This document shows, piece after piece, positions 51,060-64,000 of a stretch of DNA of 64,000 nucleotides; the stretch's first letter is position 1, and each line of letters begins with the position of its first letter. The stretch lies in NCBI RefSeq assembly GCF_004010195.1, contig NC_057711.1, positions 3,481,931-3,545,930 on the forward strand. Direction: 5' to 3'. The translations under genes were made by a program, and so were the position numbers. Below the pieces are notes generated by a model. It was not told the origin of the DNA and searched no databases. It worked only from the letters and a program-made list of their open reading frames with translations. This DNA comes from Chiloscyllium plagiosum. Its lineage: Eukaryota.

Positions 51060-51179
51060 GGAAGATTGTTGGGACAAAGCCACCTATTGAAGCAGTGAAG
51101 AAAGACAGGAACAAGTTCATTGGTCAGCAATTGCACTGAAAGGTTAAGATTCTGCATGATACAAACAACTTTCAACAAT

Positions 51180-51480
51180 GGGGAAGCCATGGCGTAGCCG
51201 TATTATCAAGCGGTGAGACATCTAAAAATTCTGGTCATGCTCTAGGGAATGGGGTTCAAAGCCCACCATGGACTTTTTTTTGTTAAATTTTTGGAATTAA
51301 CAGTCTCATGGTGACTGTAATCTGAAGGAAAGGAAATCTGTTATTCTTACCTAATGGTTCCACATGTGACTCCAGATCCATAGTAATGCAGGTGACTCTG
51401 AACTGCCCTATGGGCAGTTAGGAAGGAACAATGAATGTTCCAGCCAGTGACAACTGCATCGCATGAATGAATGATAAAAA
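51180..51480 (+). mobile_element. SacSINE1-like Deu-SINE remnant
   Basis: tRNA head, Deu-like ggaaatctg...cttacc...acatgtgactccaga core, and tail. Similar remnants at ~26575-26890 (+) and ~62320-62600 (-). Confidence 0.6.
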
Positions 51481-52385
51481 CAAAGAGTCCAAAGAGACCA
51501 AACCCATCTTGTCCTCAGGATTCGGGAATTCCTGACAATGAGCTCCAAATGTGAGAACATTTTCTGGAAGATTGTGGAGAGGACAGGCCAATTTACATTC
51601 AAAAGTCACAAATCCAGGAGGCGCCTTTTTAATCAATGGAGCAGTCAGTAACCAGGGAATACAGATTTAAGGTCAGAGATAGAAAGTAGGAGGAGAGTTG
51701 AGGAGATACTTTTTCACACAGAGAGTGATAAGAGTCTGGCACTGACTGCCAGAAAGGGTGCTTTTTTTAGAAACATGAGGAACATTTAAGCAGTATTTAG
51801 ATATTCAGTTAAGTTTCCATTTGCTTCTTCAGTAGCCTGCACCTCTCATTTTCTTTTTGATTTTTTAAACTTCTGTTCAATTGAATCCCACCTCCCACCC
51901 CAACCCTACCTGAATAATTAATTTAAAGCCTTCAATAAGTTGGTAAGAAGGCAAATGGATCAAGAGCTGCATTATGGAAGAACTATAGTCAGATATTTGT
52001 TGTCTGACCCAGACATGATGGTCCAAACAGCCTCTTTCTATGCTGTAAGTGTCCAAAAATCCATGAATTTACAATGAATCCTTGAAGGAATGAACCTTCA
52101 TACTAGGAATAGTTAATTACTGGTTGGTTAACAGTAATTAATATTCATCATACTGATAAAAAGCATTGAAGATGAAATAGATAAGATTTAGCATTCTACG
52201 CTGCATTTAACTTATATCTTCCAGAGAAATGTTGCAACTTCACATCATTCAGTAAATCTCAATGGTCAGCCAACTACAGGGTTTGACAACATCAAGTAGC
52301 AAATTTTGCCTTTCTGTTTTCTGTATTTGTAGTATTATTTGTAAGAAATAGAGACAAATGTCTTTAGTCTCATTATTGTTACTTC

Positions 52386-52544
52386 TCAGTCAGTTTTGCC
52401 CCAGCATATCTCTGAACCTTGGTTATGTCTGCAGTATTCTGCATCTCCCCTCACTCTGTGGAAAGTCACATGATTTTCTGTGGGCTCTGCCCCGTTTGAG
52501 CTCTGATGGGAATATTTTGGCAGATTCAGGTAAGTGATATTAAC
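52386..52544 (-). CDS. Candidate terminal cytoplasmic exon of an upstream receptor gene (ITIM ITYLNL)
   Basis: After aagcag the frame reads VNITYLNLPKY...ENHVTFHRV...GKTD*. The polypyrimidine tract is weak, and TYL coincides with a plus-strand donor consensus. Confidence 0.3.
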   Translation of the reverse strand, partial: VNITYLNLPKYSHQSSNGAEPTENHVTFHRVRGDAEYCRHNQGSEICWGKTD

Positions 52545-52733
52545 CTGCTTTATTATTTTGTAAAGCAAATGATTTCTCCCTGACACAGAAACCACGGTGA
52601 AGGAAAAGGCACATCATGCTAAGCAGTAACAGGTTTGGGAACTAAATACCAGATAGCAGATGAAATATCCAGGAGGAGGCAATTACATGATTGAAAAAAT
52701 GGATTTGAAAGGTCCGTATTAGAAAACACTTAC

Positions 52734-52763
52734 TGCGACCCCGCACCGAGACTGAGAGGAACA
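52734..52763 (-). CDS. Candidate 30-nt micro-exon
   Basis: Strong acceptor tgtttgtctttctgcag and donor GCA|gtaagt. The phase-0 reading CSSQSRCGVA joins in frame to 52544. Confidence 0.3.
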
Positions 52764-53054
52764 CTGCAGAAAGACAAACATAGAGAGACTTCATCATCAA
52801 CACTTCAGTAGTGTTTCATCCTCTTCACTCACTTACTCTTATCCTTTTACAGAAAAATACAGAAGTTACTTGGGTTCCTGTGCACTACCGAAGAAATGTT
52901 GATCAGAACCAGAAATGGGAAGTCTGTGTATGGTCAGTAGCAGCTGAGAGAATGACATAACTGCGTGAAACTGAGGCAGCAACCACAACAACCTTTGAGA
53001 ACAGGAGATGTTGTATAAGCTTCCAATACAATCTTCAAAATCCTCAATGTCAAC

Positions 53055-55040
53055 TTCAAACACTCCAAGAGCTGAGGCAGAACAGGGTTAGACACAGAGA
53101 AAAAGCTCTCTCGACACTGTTCCCCCATCAAACACTCTGAGGATGGGACAGCATGGGTTGGAGCAAAGCTGCACTGAGAATCATAGGATTCCTGCAGTGT
53201 GGAAGCAGATCATTTGGTCCATCGAGTTCCATCACCCTTCCAGACAGCATACCATCCAGACCCATTCCATCTATCCAATCCCAGAAGCTTTGCATTTCCC
53301 ATGGCTAATCCACCTAACCTGCACATCTTTGAACTGTAGGAGGAAACTGGAACACTCAATGGAAACCAATGCATGTACTTAGATAATGTGCAAACTTCAC
53401 ACAGTCATCCGAGACAGGAATCAACCCAGGTCCCCAGAGCTATGAGGCAATATGCTAATCAATGTACCACCGTGCCTCCCTTGTACACATATTTTATATT
53501 TTTTACATTTTCTTTTCTCTTCCAGATCTTCTTTACTGTGTGAACGTATTACCAGGTGTTTCATTCATGCTGATTAGTGGGTAAAATCACTTCTCTCACA
53601 GTTATGAATGTAGGTGTGTACGTGATGATAAAAAGCCCACACTGAAAGAGGTTGAAATTACTCCCACATTTTTGACTTTAATTTGAATATAGATAACACA
53701 TTCATCAGTCAGTGGCAACGCATATCCCTGAAGATATCTTATGAACACCAGCTCCAAAAACATTGTGCAGGTAGGCACTGGTTTGCTTTGTAAGTTTTGT
53801 TCCGAATTGTCCTGTTTTGAGAGGGGAAGCAGTCTAATGAAGAGTGCAATTATGTCAGATCTTCATCTTCAGATCGTCCTAAGTAGCTTCACGGTGTGTT
53901 GAGACTGAATTGAATTTCAAGTGCAAATAACACTTAATTTTCCTGTAACCTGAGTTGAATAATTATATCCAGGTTCAAACTCACATCTTGGAATGACACC
54001 ACTGGTAGAAGAGCAAAAATATTCAGAATGAAGTTTAAAACAATCAGCATAATTAAAGAGATGTGGTTCAAGGAGGGAATCAAAATGTAAAACATAGAAA
54101 TTAAGAGCACTTGTAGGCAATTCACCCCTTGCAGCCATTTGATATGATCATGGCTAATCATTCTATTCAGCATCCTGTTCCTGCTTTTGTCCCATTACCT
54201 TTGATCTCTTTAAGCCTAAGAACTATATCTAATTTCTTCTTCAAAACATTCAATGTTTTGGTCTCAACTCTTTTCTGTAGCACAGAATTCCACAGGCTCA
54301 CCACTCACTGGGTGAAAACATTTCTCCTCATTCCATTCCTAAATAGCTTAGTATCCTTATGACTACTGGTTCTAGACTACACATTAGGAACATCCTTCCT
54401 GCATTTACCATGTCAAGGCATTTTAGAATTTTATAGCTTTCTATGAGATTCCACTTCATTGTTCCCAACTCCAGTGAATATAGGAGCATCTGGAAAATGC
54501 CAAAGAGTGTGCAACACTTCAGCAAGGGTGAAAATACAAGGAATGAAGAACAGGCAAGCAGTGCTCTCTAAACTTTCCTCTTCAAACACTCCAAGGACAA
54601 GGAGAACACATGGTTAGATTCTGGATTAGTGGTGCTGGAAGAACACAGCAGTTCAGGCAGCATCAGAGGAGCAGTAAAATCGACATTTTGGGCAAAAACC
54701 CTTCATCAGGAATACAGGCAGAGAGCCTGAAGGGTGGAGAGAAAAGTGAGAGGAGGGTGGGGGTGGAGAGAAAGTAGCAAAGAGTACAATAGGTGAGTGG
54801 GGGAGGGGATGAAGGTGATAGGTTGGGGGGGGAGGGTGGAGTGGATAGGTGGAAAAGAAGCTAGGCAGGTTGGACAAGTCATGGGGACAGTGCTGAGCTG
54901 GAAGTTTGGAACTGGGGTGGGGTGGGGGAAGGGGAAATGAGGAAACTGTTGAAGTCAGATACAGAGTAAAGCTGTCTTTACACTTTACCCATCAAACACT
55001 CCAAAGACAGGAGCAGCACAGATCATGTAAAGAGTTTAGT
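53055..55040. repeat. Dispersed copies of a ~70-bp repeat unit (caaacactcc...cagcac...gttagatacagagtaaagct...cccatc) interrupted by a SINE, a CR1 fragment (54090-54480) and a PLE (54619-54955)
   Basis: Related units at ~53058-53175, ~54560-54618 and ~54956-55040. Confidence 0.55.
53175..53480 (-). mobile_element. HE1/V-SINE, degenerate
   Basis: Reverse-complemented head gtaccaccgtgcctccc and V domain. Confidence 0.8.
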
Positions 55041-55716
55041 TCCTTCTTTCTGGTAGCCCACATCCCTTTGTATTGCTGAAGACAGGAGGGTGACTGGAGA
55101 CAGATGGAGGCTGCTATCCTGGACCTTCTGTCCTGAACACACTTCACGTGGATAACAGCTGACTGCCAGTCACAGATCTCTTATGAGTTAATCACAGATC
55201 TGTTTGTAGATAGATGCAAATTCAGTGAGTCTGGTTTGAATTGACATTGTGCACATGCACACATATACATACGCACACATACAAACTTCTTTTCAGTGCC
55301 ATTAAAACCAATCATTGGACTTAACAGAACAGGAAGTTCTGCTGTAGCTACTGAAGCCTCTGTGTGGTTTGCATGTTATCTTTGCAGTTCCCACAACTTC
55401 CTTCTCGAAGTCCCGACGTTTTGGGCTGTATGTTGTGTTTCTTTGGCTAAGTCCAAGCTGCACAACATTTTTGGGAGCATTTTTGCCTGCTTCTGTCTCA
55501 TTCCAGGAGGAAAACAACCCACAATAGGTCAGAAAGAGTCTAGATAAGGGGTGTGCTGTTGATCATTCGGCTCCTCAGTCCTGATGTGGAGAGCATCCTG
55601 ACTCTGACTGCCCCAAGCTGAGTCAGGACAGATCAAAGGTTGCACTCAGCTGAGTGTTCCAGGAGCCCCTGAGAAAGGCTGTCACCCTGACTCAACTGAG
55701 AATGACCGACAATTAT

Positions 55717-56877
55717 CCTCTTCGATATAGAGGAGACCAAAATGCCGACTGGGTGATCACTTAGCTGAGCACCTTCGGTTTGTACGCAATCAGGTCCCGG
55801 ACCGATCCCGTGGCTTGCCACTTCAACACACAATCCTGCTCCCATATCCACATATCTGTCCTGGGCCTGCTGCATGTTCCAGTGAAGCTCAACGCAAACT
55901 GGAAGAACAGCATCTCATCTTCTGACTAGGCACGTTACAGTCTGCTGGTCTCAACATTGAATTCTGAAAATGTGTTGCTGGAACAGCGCAGCAGGTCAGG
56001 CAGCATCCAAGGAACAGGAGAATCGATGCTTCGGGCATAAGCCCTTCTTCAGGAATGAGGAAAGTGTGTCCAGCAGGCTAAGATAAAAGGTAGGGAGGAG
56101 GGACTTGGGAGAGGGGGGGGGCTTTGGAAATGCGATAGGTGGAAATAGGTCAAGGTGAGGGTGATAGGTCAGAGTGGGGTGGGGGTGGAGAGATCAGGAA
56201 GAAGATTGCAGGTTNNNNNNNNNNNNNNNNNNNNNNNNNNNNNNNNNNNNNNNNNNNNNNNNNNNNNNNNNNNNNNNNNNNNNNNNNNNNNNNNNNNNNN
56301 NNNNNNNNNNNNNNNNNNNNNNNNNNNNNNNNNNNNNNNNNNNNNNNNNNNNNNNNNNNNNNNNNNNNNNNNNNNNNNNNNNNNNNNNNNNNNNNNNNNN
56401 NNNNNNNNNNNNNNNNNNNNNNNNNNNNNNNNNNNNNNNNNNNNNNNNNNNNNNNNNNNNNNNNNNNNNNNNNNNNNNNNNNNNNNNNNNNNNNNNNNNN
56501 NNNNNNNNNNNNNNNNNNNNNNNNNNNNNNNNNNNNNNNNCCCCATCCCCCACATATTTTGTCACATAGCACTGGCTTCAGCCTTGGTCATTCACAGCTC
56601 CTAATCTCCCTATAATCTCTCTATGCACTGTCATTATCACCTCTTTTTTGCTATCTTTGCTTCTAGAGCCATGACTCACCTTCTCTCAGCCTAGTATAAA
56701 TACCTCCCTATTTCTCCCTTTTTTTTTAGCTTTGATAAAGGGTTAGTTAGACTCGAAATGTCAGCTCTTTTCTCTCCTTACAGATGCTGCAAGACCTGCT
56801 GAGATTTTCCAGCATTTTCTCTTTTGGTTTCAGATTCCAGCATCGGCAGTAATTTGCTTTTATTCAGTGTCTCCCTG
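55717..56877 (+). mobile_element. Penelope-like 3' fragment with nested second PLE (spans a gap), 26-bp TSD
   Basis: Degenerate GIY-YIG C-terminus (KLEEQHLIF). ctcaactgagaatgaccgacaattat at 55691-55716 and 56878-56903. Confidence 0.8.
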
Positions 56878-57157
56878 CTCAACTGAGAATGACCGACAAT
56901 TATAACAAGCTTCCTGTATCTCTGCTAAATGCATAACATGACAGCTGTGATATGAGCCTGGTAACTCTGGCTGAGAGAAAAGTGTTAAAAGGCAAGGCAA
57001 GGGTATTGTGAGCATCCAAGGATATTGTTAGTGAAAGATTCCCAGAATCTTGATCCAGCGACACTGAAGTAACAGCAATACATTTCCAAGCCAGAATGGT
57101 GAGTGACTTGGAGGGGAACTTGCAGTTGGTGATGTTCCCATGCATCTAATATCAACT

Positions 57158-57460
57158 AGGGTGGCACGGCGGCTCAGTGGTTAGCACTGCTGCCTCACAG
57201 CCCCAGGTTCAATTCCAGCCTTGGGTGACTGTGTGCAGTTTGCACATTTTTCCCTTGTCTGCGTGGGTTTCCTCCAGGTGCTCCGGTTCCCCCCCACAAG
57301 TCCAAAGATGTGTAGGTCAGGTGAATTGGCATTACTAAATTGCCCATAGTGTTAGATGCATTAGTCAGAGGGAAATGGATCTGGGCAGGTTACTCTTCAG
57401 AGGGTCGGTGTAGACTTGTTGGGCCAAATGGCCTGTTTCCACACTGGAGGGAGTATAATC
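57158..57460 (+). mobile_element. HE1/V-SINE
   Basis: gggtggcacggcggctcagtggttagc head and V domain. Confidence 0.9.
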
Positions 57461-57479
57461 AACCACCTTCTAGATGGAA

Positions 57480-58700
57480 GTGGTTGTGTGTTTAGTATGT
57501 GCTATCTGGCGACTCTTGATGAATTTCTGATGGGCATCTTGTAGACTGCTTTTACTGTGTGTTGGTGGTGGAGGGAATGGAGATTTCTGGATGTTGTGCC
57601 AATCAAGCGGGCTACTTTGTCCTGAATGGTGTTAAGCTTCTTGAGGGTTGTTGGAGATGTAGTGAGGAGTATTTTATCACACTCCTGACTTGTGACTTGT
57701 AGATGGTGGACAGGCTTTTGGGAGTCAGATGAGTTACTTGCTGCAGTTTGTTAAGACTCTGACCCGCCCTTGTAGCCAGTGTGTTGATATGGCAAGTTCA
57801 GTTGAGTTTCTGATCTATGTGCTCCATAAGATGTTGACTTGTTGTCAGGTGCAGTCACTCTCAACTCACCTCTGGTCCATTTTTCAACCAAGGCTATAAT
57901 GAGGTCAGGAGCTGAATGCCCCTGGAAGAACTCAAACTGGGCATCACCAATCAGGTTATTGCTGAGTTTTGAGAGTATTGCAGATGATTGAGAGCAGATT
58001 GATGGGTTGGTAACTAGCTGAGTCAGATTTGTCCTGCTTTTTATGTTCAGGTCATACCTGAATAAGTTTGCACATTGTCTCATAGATGGCAGTGTTCTAA
58101 TTGTACTGGAACATCTTGGCTTGGTGAGCAGCAAGTTCTGGAGCTCAAACCTTTAGTAATGGAATGTTGTGGGAGCACTATCCAGCGCCTCCAACCATTT
58201 CTTATTTTCACGTGGGTTGAATCAAATTGGCTTAAGAGTAATGCTGTGAACCACTGGAACAGATCCGGTTGGATCACCCAACTGGCATTTCTGGCTGAAG
58301 ATTGCTGCAAATGCTTCAGCATTATCATTTGCACTGATACGCTGGGCTTTTCCATCATTGAAGATGGGGATATTTGTAGATCCATCTTGTCCACTGATTT
58401 GATTAATTATCCACCACCATTCATGACTGGATATGGCAGGATTCTGGAGCTTAGATCTGATCATTGATCGTCGGATCACCTGTTTATGCTATTTATCATG
58501 CAAGTAGTCCTGTTTGGTAGCTTCAACAGGTTGACACCTCATTTTTAGGTGTGATCCTGGCATACCCCCCCACCCGCATTCTCTATCAAACCAGGGTTGA
58601 TCCTCTGGCTTGATGGTAATGGTAGATATGTCAGACTGTGAGTTTGCAGATTGTGCTCCAGTACAATTCTCTCAGTATTGATGGCCCACAGTGCCCACTA
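57480..58700 (-). mobile_element. Old CR1-like LINE fragment
   Basis: Eroded RT segments (LIGDAQFEFFQGHSAPDLIIALVEKWT). Related to fragments at ~15470-16440 and ~30750-31750. Confidence 0.6.
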
Positions 58701-61066
58701 CCTACTGCAGGAGTTTACATTTGCTTTCCTGATAGCAATTTATATTATATTCCACCCCATGCAGACCTAAGGAGTGCATTTGACAAAATATACACCACCA
58801 CAAATAGCCTTGAGATGCAATACTCAATGACCTTGTTCATTGTAGTCAGCAACTTCAACCAGGCCAAGCTCAAGAGTGTGCTCCCAAAGTATCATCACCA
58901 TATCTCCTGCCCATTAGAGGCCCAAACACCCTTGACTATTTCTACACAACCATCAGAGACAGCTCCATTCCCCATCTGCATTTTGGTCAATCCGACCAAA
59001 ACGCTATGCCCCTTCTCCCAGCTTACAAGCAGGTCCAGTACAGAAAGTCATACTTGCTGATCTGGGGTAAAGGATAAGCTCCTATGTGACTTCTTCGAGT
59101 CAATTGATTGGTCCATATTCAAGAACTCAGCGTCCAATTTAAATGGGTACGCCACTCCCCTCACAGAGTTCATTAGTAAATGTGTAAAGGACTGTGTGCT
59201 AAACCCAACTGGAAACCATAGATGAACCGGGAGATCCACTCCCTGCTAAAATCCAGATCTGAGGTGTTTTAATTGGGTGACCTTGACCTATACAGGAAAT
59301 CCAGGTCTGACCTTTGCAAAGCAAGTAAGGATGCCAAAAGACAATACGAGACTGAACTAGAATCTCTGACTGACCACATAAACACATGTCGACTGTGGCA
59401 AGGCTTAACAATATAATGGGCCACAAAGCAAAGTTGAGTTGAATCATTGACAATAATGCATTCCCTCCTTGATGAGCAGAATGCTAATTTTAAACAGAAG
59501 GACAGTGATATGATGTCACCTGCTCCAACAATCACAGGTGCATGTGTACCTACAGTCACCGCCATAGACCTCAGGTTGGCCTTCTTGAAAATGAAACCAC
59601 AGAAAGCAACTGGCCTGGTGTCCTCAACCATGCACTCAGATCCTGTGTGGACCAGCTGTCATGAGTATATGCGGACAGCTTTAAACATCTCTGTACGCCA
59701 ATCTGAAGTTCCCACCCGCTTCAAGAAGATCACTATCATCCCAGTGCCAAAGAAAAATCAGGCAACATACGTTAGTAATTACTGCGCAGTGGCTTTGACA
59801 TCCATCATTATGAAGTGTTTTGATAGGTTAGTCATGGCACACATCAACTCTAGCCTTCCAGATTGCATTGACCAACTACAATTCACTTACTGTCACAATA
59901 GTTCAATAGCAAATGATATCTCCCTTACTCAAAACCCATCTCTGGAACATCTGGATTACAAGGAGATCTACATCAGACTTCTATTTATTGACTTCTCCCA
60001 TGCCTTTAACACCATAATTCCAACAAAATTCTGAGACTGCTCCCCCCCCCCCCCCCCAGACTCTGCTCCCCCTCTGCAACTGGTTCCTCAACTTCTTACC
60101 CCACAGATTGCAATCAGTCAGGATAGGTGACAGCACCTCATCCATGATAATCCCCAACAACAGTGCCACGTAAGGCTATATACTCAGCCCCCTACTATAC
60201 TCCTTCTACACTCACAACTATGTGACCTAGTTCTGCCCTAACTCTTGATGATACCATCATAGTGGGTTGAATCTTTAACAACAATGAGACAGAGTGCAGA
60301 AGAATGATAAAGAGCTTAGTAGCATGGCATAAAGACAACAATCTCTCCCTCAAAGTCAGCGAACTGAAGGGGCTTGTAATTAACTTCAGGAACTGAGCAT
60401 ACATCCTGGCTGTATCAATGGTGCTGAGGTGGAAACGGTCGACAGCTTCAAGATTCTAGTAGCAAATATCAGCAAAAATCTATCCTGATCCAACTATGCT
60501 GACACTACACTGAGCAAAGCGCACCAATGCTTTTACTTTCTCAAAGGGCTAAGGAAATTTGGCCGGTCCACAATGGCTCTTATTAATTTTTTGTTGATGC
60601 ACTATAGAAAGCATCTATCCAGATGCATCACAATTTGCTATGGCAATTGCTATGCCCAAATCCATAAGCAGAAAAATGTGAATGTAGGCCAGTCCATCAC
60701 AAAAGTCAGCCTTTCATCAATTGCCTTCATCCATACTTGCCGCTGCCTTGGGAAAGCAGCCAATATTATCAAAGGCTCCTCCCACCCCAGTTATACTCTC
60801 TTCCAATGGGAAAAACATACAAAAGTTTGAAAACATGTACCAACAAAATCAAGAACAGCTTCTTCCCTGCTGTGTTCAGATCTTTGAAAGGACTTCTCAT
60901 ATTATAAAGATGATCTTTTTCAGCATTTTCTCTGTAGCTGTAAATACTATATTCTGCATTCTGTTCTATTACCCTGATATACTTATGTAAGATATAATTT
61001 GCCTGAATAGCATGCATCTCACTGTATCTTGGTCTATGTGATGTAATAAATCAAATCAAATAAAAT
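58700..61066 (+). mobile_element. Rex1/Babar-clade LINE, degenerate
   Basis: FKKITIIPVPKK, VALTSIIMKCFDRLV and RLLFIDFSHAFNTIIP; aataaatcaaatcaaat tail. Confidence 0.85.
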
Positions 61067-63319
61067 CATGGATGTCCAGTCTTGGGTTGTGAGGTCAGTT
61101 TGACATCTGTCCCATTTAGCACAGTGATAATACTACACAACATGATGGAGGAGATTCGCAATGTAAAGCAGGACTTTACTACTCTGATATACATACAGGC
61201 ACACACAGACACACCATCATCCTCCCATACACATACAAAAAAAACCCAAAAGAAATGAAATGCTGACAATCTGAAATAAGACCAGGAATTGCTGGAAAAA
61301 CATGGTCAGTCTTCCAGCATCTGTGGAAAGAAAGTAGAGTTAATGCTTCTGGTCCAGTGACCCTTCGTCAAAACTCAAGACACACATACACACACACAGA
61401 CAGACAGGAAGCAAACATTGGTCTCTGGGTGGAGAGAAAACATGAAAAGCAGTTTCCATGGTCCCTGTTCACAGGATCTGCTGAGATGATTATTGTGCTG
61501 ATGAGAATGCTGCTTCTCAGTCTTCCTTCTTCAGATGCTGTCACTGGTTTATAAAAGATGCAGAGTGGCTTATTGAAGGTCTGACTTCTTAATTAAAAGT
61601 CAGAGCTTACTACAGCTGCTGAAGGGAAAAAAAGCTAATTTTCCTCAGATTTAAAGTAGTTTTTACTTCAGGGAACAATTTGGGCTCCTGAGGTGGTGGA
61701 GGTCTGATTCCTTCTCCCTTTCTTGTTCACATCTTGTTATCTGGAACTAATCACATAGCTGTTGTCAGCAAAATGTTCTTGTCATTGATTACTGGTCATT
61801 AGTTCACATATCAATCAGCGACTTGTAGCCAGCTGAATCTGCATTTGTACGTGCCATTGTCTCCAGCTTGTCTGCACCTTCTATCACTACTATTTGACCC
61901 AACAGTTGTGTAAACAGTTGTGTAATGAGTGACAGTTTACTCACTTTCAAAAACATGCAGTAATTCTTCAGCAATCCTTAACTTTCAAACAATTCTGATC
62001 CATTTCAGTCCACAAATTAATACAGAGAAAGATAAAAATAACTTCACAAAATATTTAAAAATCTTTTGAAGAATAAATCTGCCAACTTTAGGAATTGGTG
62101 AATCCCATAATGTTCCTTGAATTTGATGTGGGAAATTGTGCAACAACAGTGAGACAGGTTGAATACTTATTGAGAATTTTAACTCCTAATTTGTGTTCAC
62201 AACAGCTGCATAGATTACATTTGCTAGAAAGATACAGAAATCAGAGCTGATTGGAATTTCAATTTTCTGGTAATTATATGAAAGGGAATTACTTACCCCT
62301 GCAATTGTAAATATTATTTTATTAATTGATGGGATGTGGGTGTCACTGGCTAGGCCAGTATTTATTGTCCATCCCTAAAGTTGCCAAGACTCAAACGCAT
62401 AGCTATGTGTCCGGCATCACATGTAGGCCTGATCCTGTAAAGGTGGCAGTTACCTTCTCTAAAGCACATTGGTGACCCAATTTGGTATTTCCCATCAATT
62501 GAGAACAGATTTGTGGTCACCATTAAACTTTTAATTCCAGACTTTTTTAAATTCAAATTCATGTCCCCAGAACGTAACCTGTCCAGCAATTTACCACAAA
62601 GGCATTGTGTCTCACTTTTTGCTCATTTTCTTTCTGACCTTTATAAATAATTTGGGAGGGACAAGCTGTTTGACTGACAGTTAAGTATTATCTAATGGGA
62701 TAGTGGAGAGTATATTTTCTTTCTGATTGGTGCAGAAAAGGAATACCCTCAATGAAGAAAGGCAGGTGAGCTGACCAATGATAGCAACATTGGGGTGAAA
62801 AGGTGATCAAACCCCCCTGATGTAACTGTCTAGTATTGGGGAAACCAGGAACAAGGAAATGGATCACACAGCCCCAAATGGTAATTCCAGTACATGGGTC
62901 AATGGGCTTCTGGGACTGAGGGGAGTTAGAGGGTGAGGGGGAAAGGGTGACAAAATTGGGATTGGACTTTGATAGGAAAAACTGACTCACTCTCTTCTGT
63001 ATCAGCACCTCTGTAGCAATTGAACAGAAGAAGAATAGTCTGTCATTGAGGAGAATGAATTTTAAACATTAAGAAACATCACAAAATGGAAATGTATGGA
63101 AAATATGTTGAAGAACAATCCATAGCCACTGACTTTTTCTGCCTGTTCAGTGTTAGGGTAATTAAAGGAAAGGGACACAGTTAACCCAATATCATTCTCT
63201 TCAGTGTGAGGACAATTAATATGAGGGTAGAATTTATCCCAATAACAGTCCCCTTCAGTTTGAGGGCAATTATAGAAAAGCACAATATTAATTTACCATG
63301 ATCTGGGACAAAGCTAGTT

Positions 63320-64000
63320 TCACAGTCATACAGTACAGAAACAGGCCCTTTGGTCCATTCTGACCAGGTTTCCTGAACTGAACTAAACCCATTTTCCTTT
63401 TTTTTGACACATATTCCTCTCAATCTTTCCTATGTACCTGTTCAAATGCCTTTTAAATGGTGTAATTGTACCTGCCTCAACCGCTTCCTCTGGCAGCTCA
63501 TTCATATATGCAATATATTCTGTGTGAAAAAGTTGCCCCTCAGGTCCCTTTTAATGCTTTCCCTTTTCAAGTTCACCTATACTCTCTAGTTTTGGAGTCC
63601 CCTTCTCTGGGGGAACGACCTTGGCTATTTGCCATATCCATGTCCCTCATGATTCTATGAACTTCTATAAAGTCAACCCTCAGCCTCCCACACTCCAGGG
63701 AAAAAAAAGTCCCAGCAGATCCAGCTTCTCCTAATATCCCAAACCTTTCAGTCTCAGTGACATACTTTTCACTTTATTTTGCACCCCTTCCAGTTTAATA
63801 GTATCCTTCCTATAGCAGCACAACCAGAATTGTATGCAGTACTCTAAATGTGGCCTGACCAATGTCTTGTACAGTCATTATATAACATCAAAACTCCAGT
63901 ACTCAATGTTCTGACTAATGAAGGCAAGTGTGGAAACCCTTTATTCACTATCCTGTCTAACTGTAAGGCCATTTTCAAGGAAGAATCTCGCTGCACCCTT
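63320..64000 (-). mobile_element. CR1 LINE 3' fragment
   Basis: Same family 3' end as 34259-35408. Confidence 0.88.

Noticed and set aside
53780-53905. Degenerate ITIM-like SEDEDLT(Y)CTL on the minus strand
   Set aside because: Requires assuming a frameshift; stops occur in all frames.
61357-61554. Possible TM exon for an upstream gene
   Set aside because: The hydrophobic run is too short on either strand and there is no clear donor.
1-64000. Prokaryotic systems (CRISPR array, operons, retrons)
   Set aside because: Low coding density, spliceosomal exons and vertebrate retroelements. All RT ORFs are non-LTR retrotransposon pieces, and no repeat-spacer array was seen.

Overview
This is eukaryotic, repeat-rich vertebrate DNA. 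HE1/V-SINEs, SacSINE1-like Deu-SINE remnants and dense CR1 and Penelope copies point to a cartilaginous fish, probably a shark (inference). There are four assembly gaps. The non-repeat content is a minus-strand immune-receptor cluster. It has five intact phase-1/phase-1 Ig V-set exons: three type A (43664-44047, 25935-26318, 18417-18797) that closely resemble the Siglec-15 V domain, and two more divergent type B (38349-38702, 14172-14525). It also has an uncharged transmembrane exon missed by the ORF track (8547-8654), a candidate ITIM-bearing tail exon (6076-6134), one intact candidate leader exon (28148-28205) and two disrupted ones. The exon phases allow a complete 447-aa leader-VA-VA-VB-TM-ITIM receptor, unlike canonical Siglec-15 (V-C2, TM lysine). 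The Siglec sialic-acid-binding arginine is kept in one type-A exon (CGT) and changed to Cys (TGT) and His (CAT) in the other two. The A-B exon pair lies in a 10-12 kb segmental duplication (~9.7-19.9 kb vs ~33.2-45.4 kb). The type-A exon cores look homogenised by gene conversion. Penelope-like elements with minimal hammerhead ribozyme motifs are abundant. One appears to enclose the intact leader exon and another duplicates the tail-exon splice acceptor. Gene models come from splice signals read by eye and need transcript support. Repeat boundaries are approximate.
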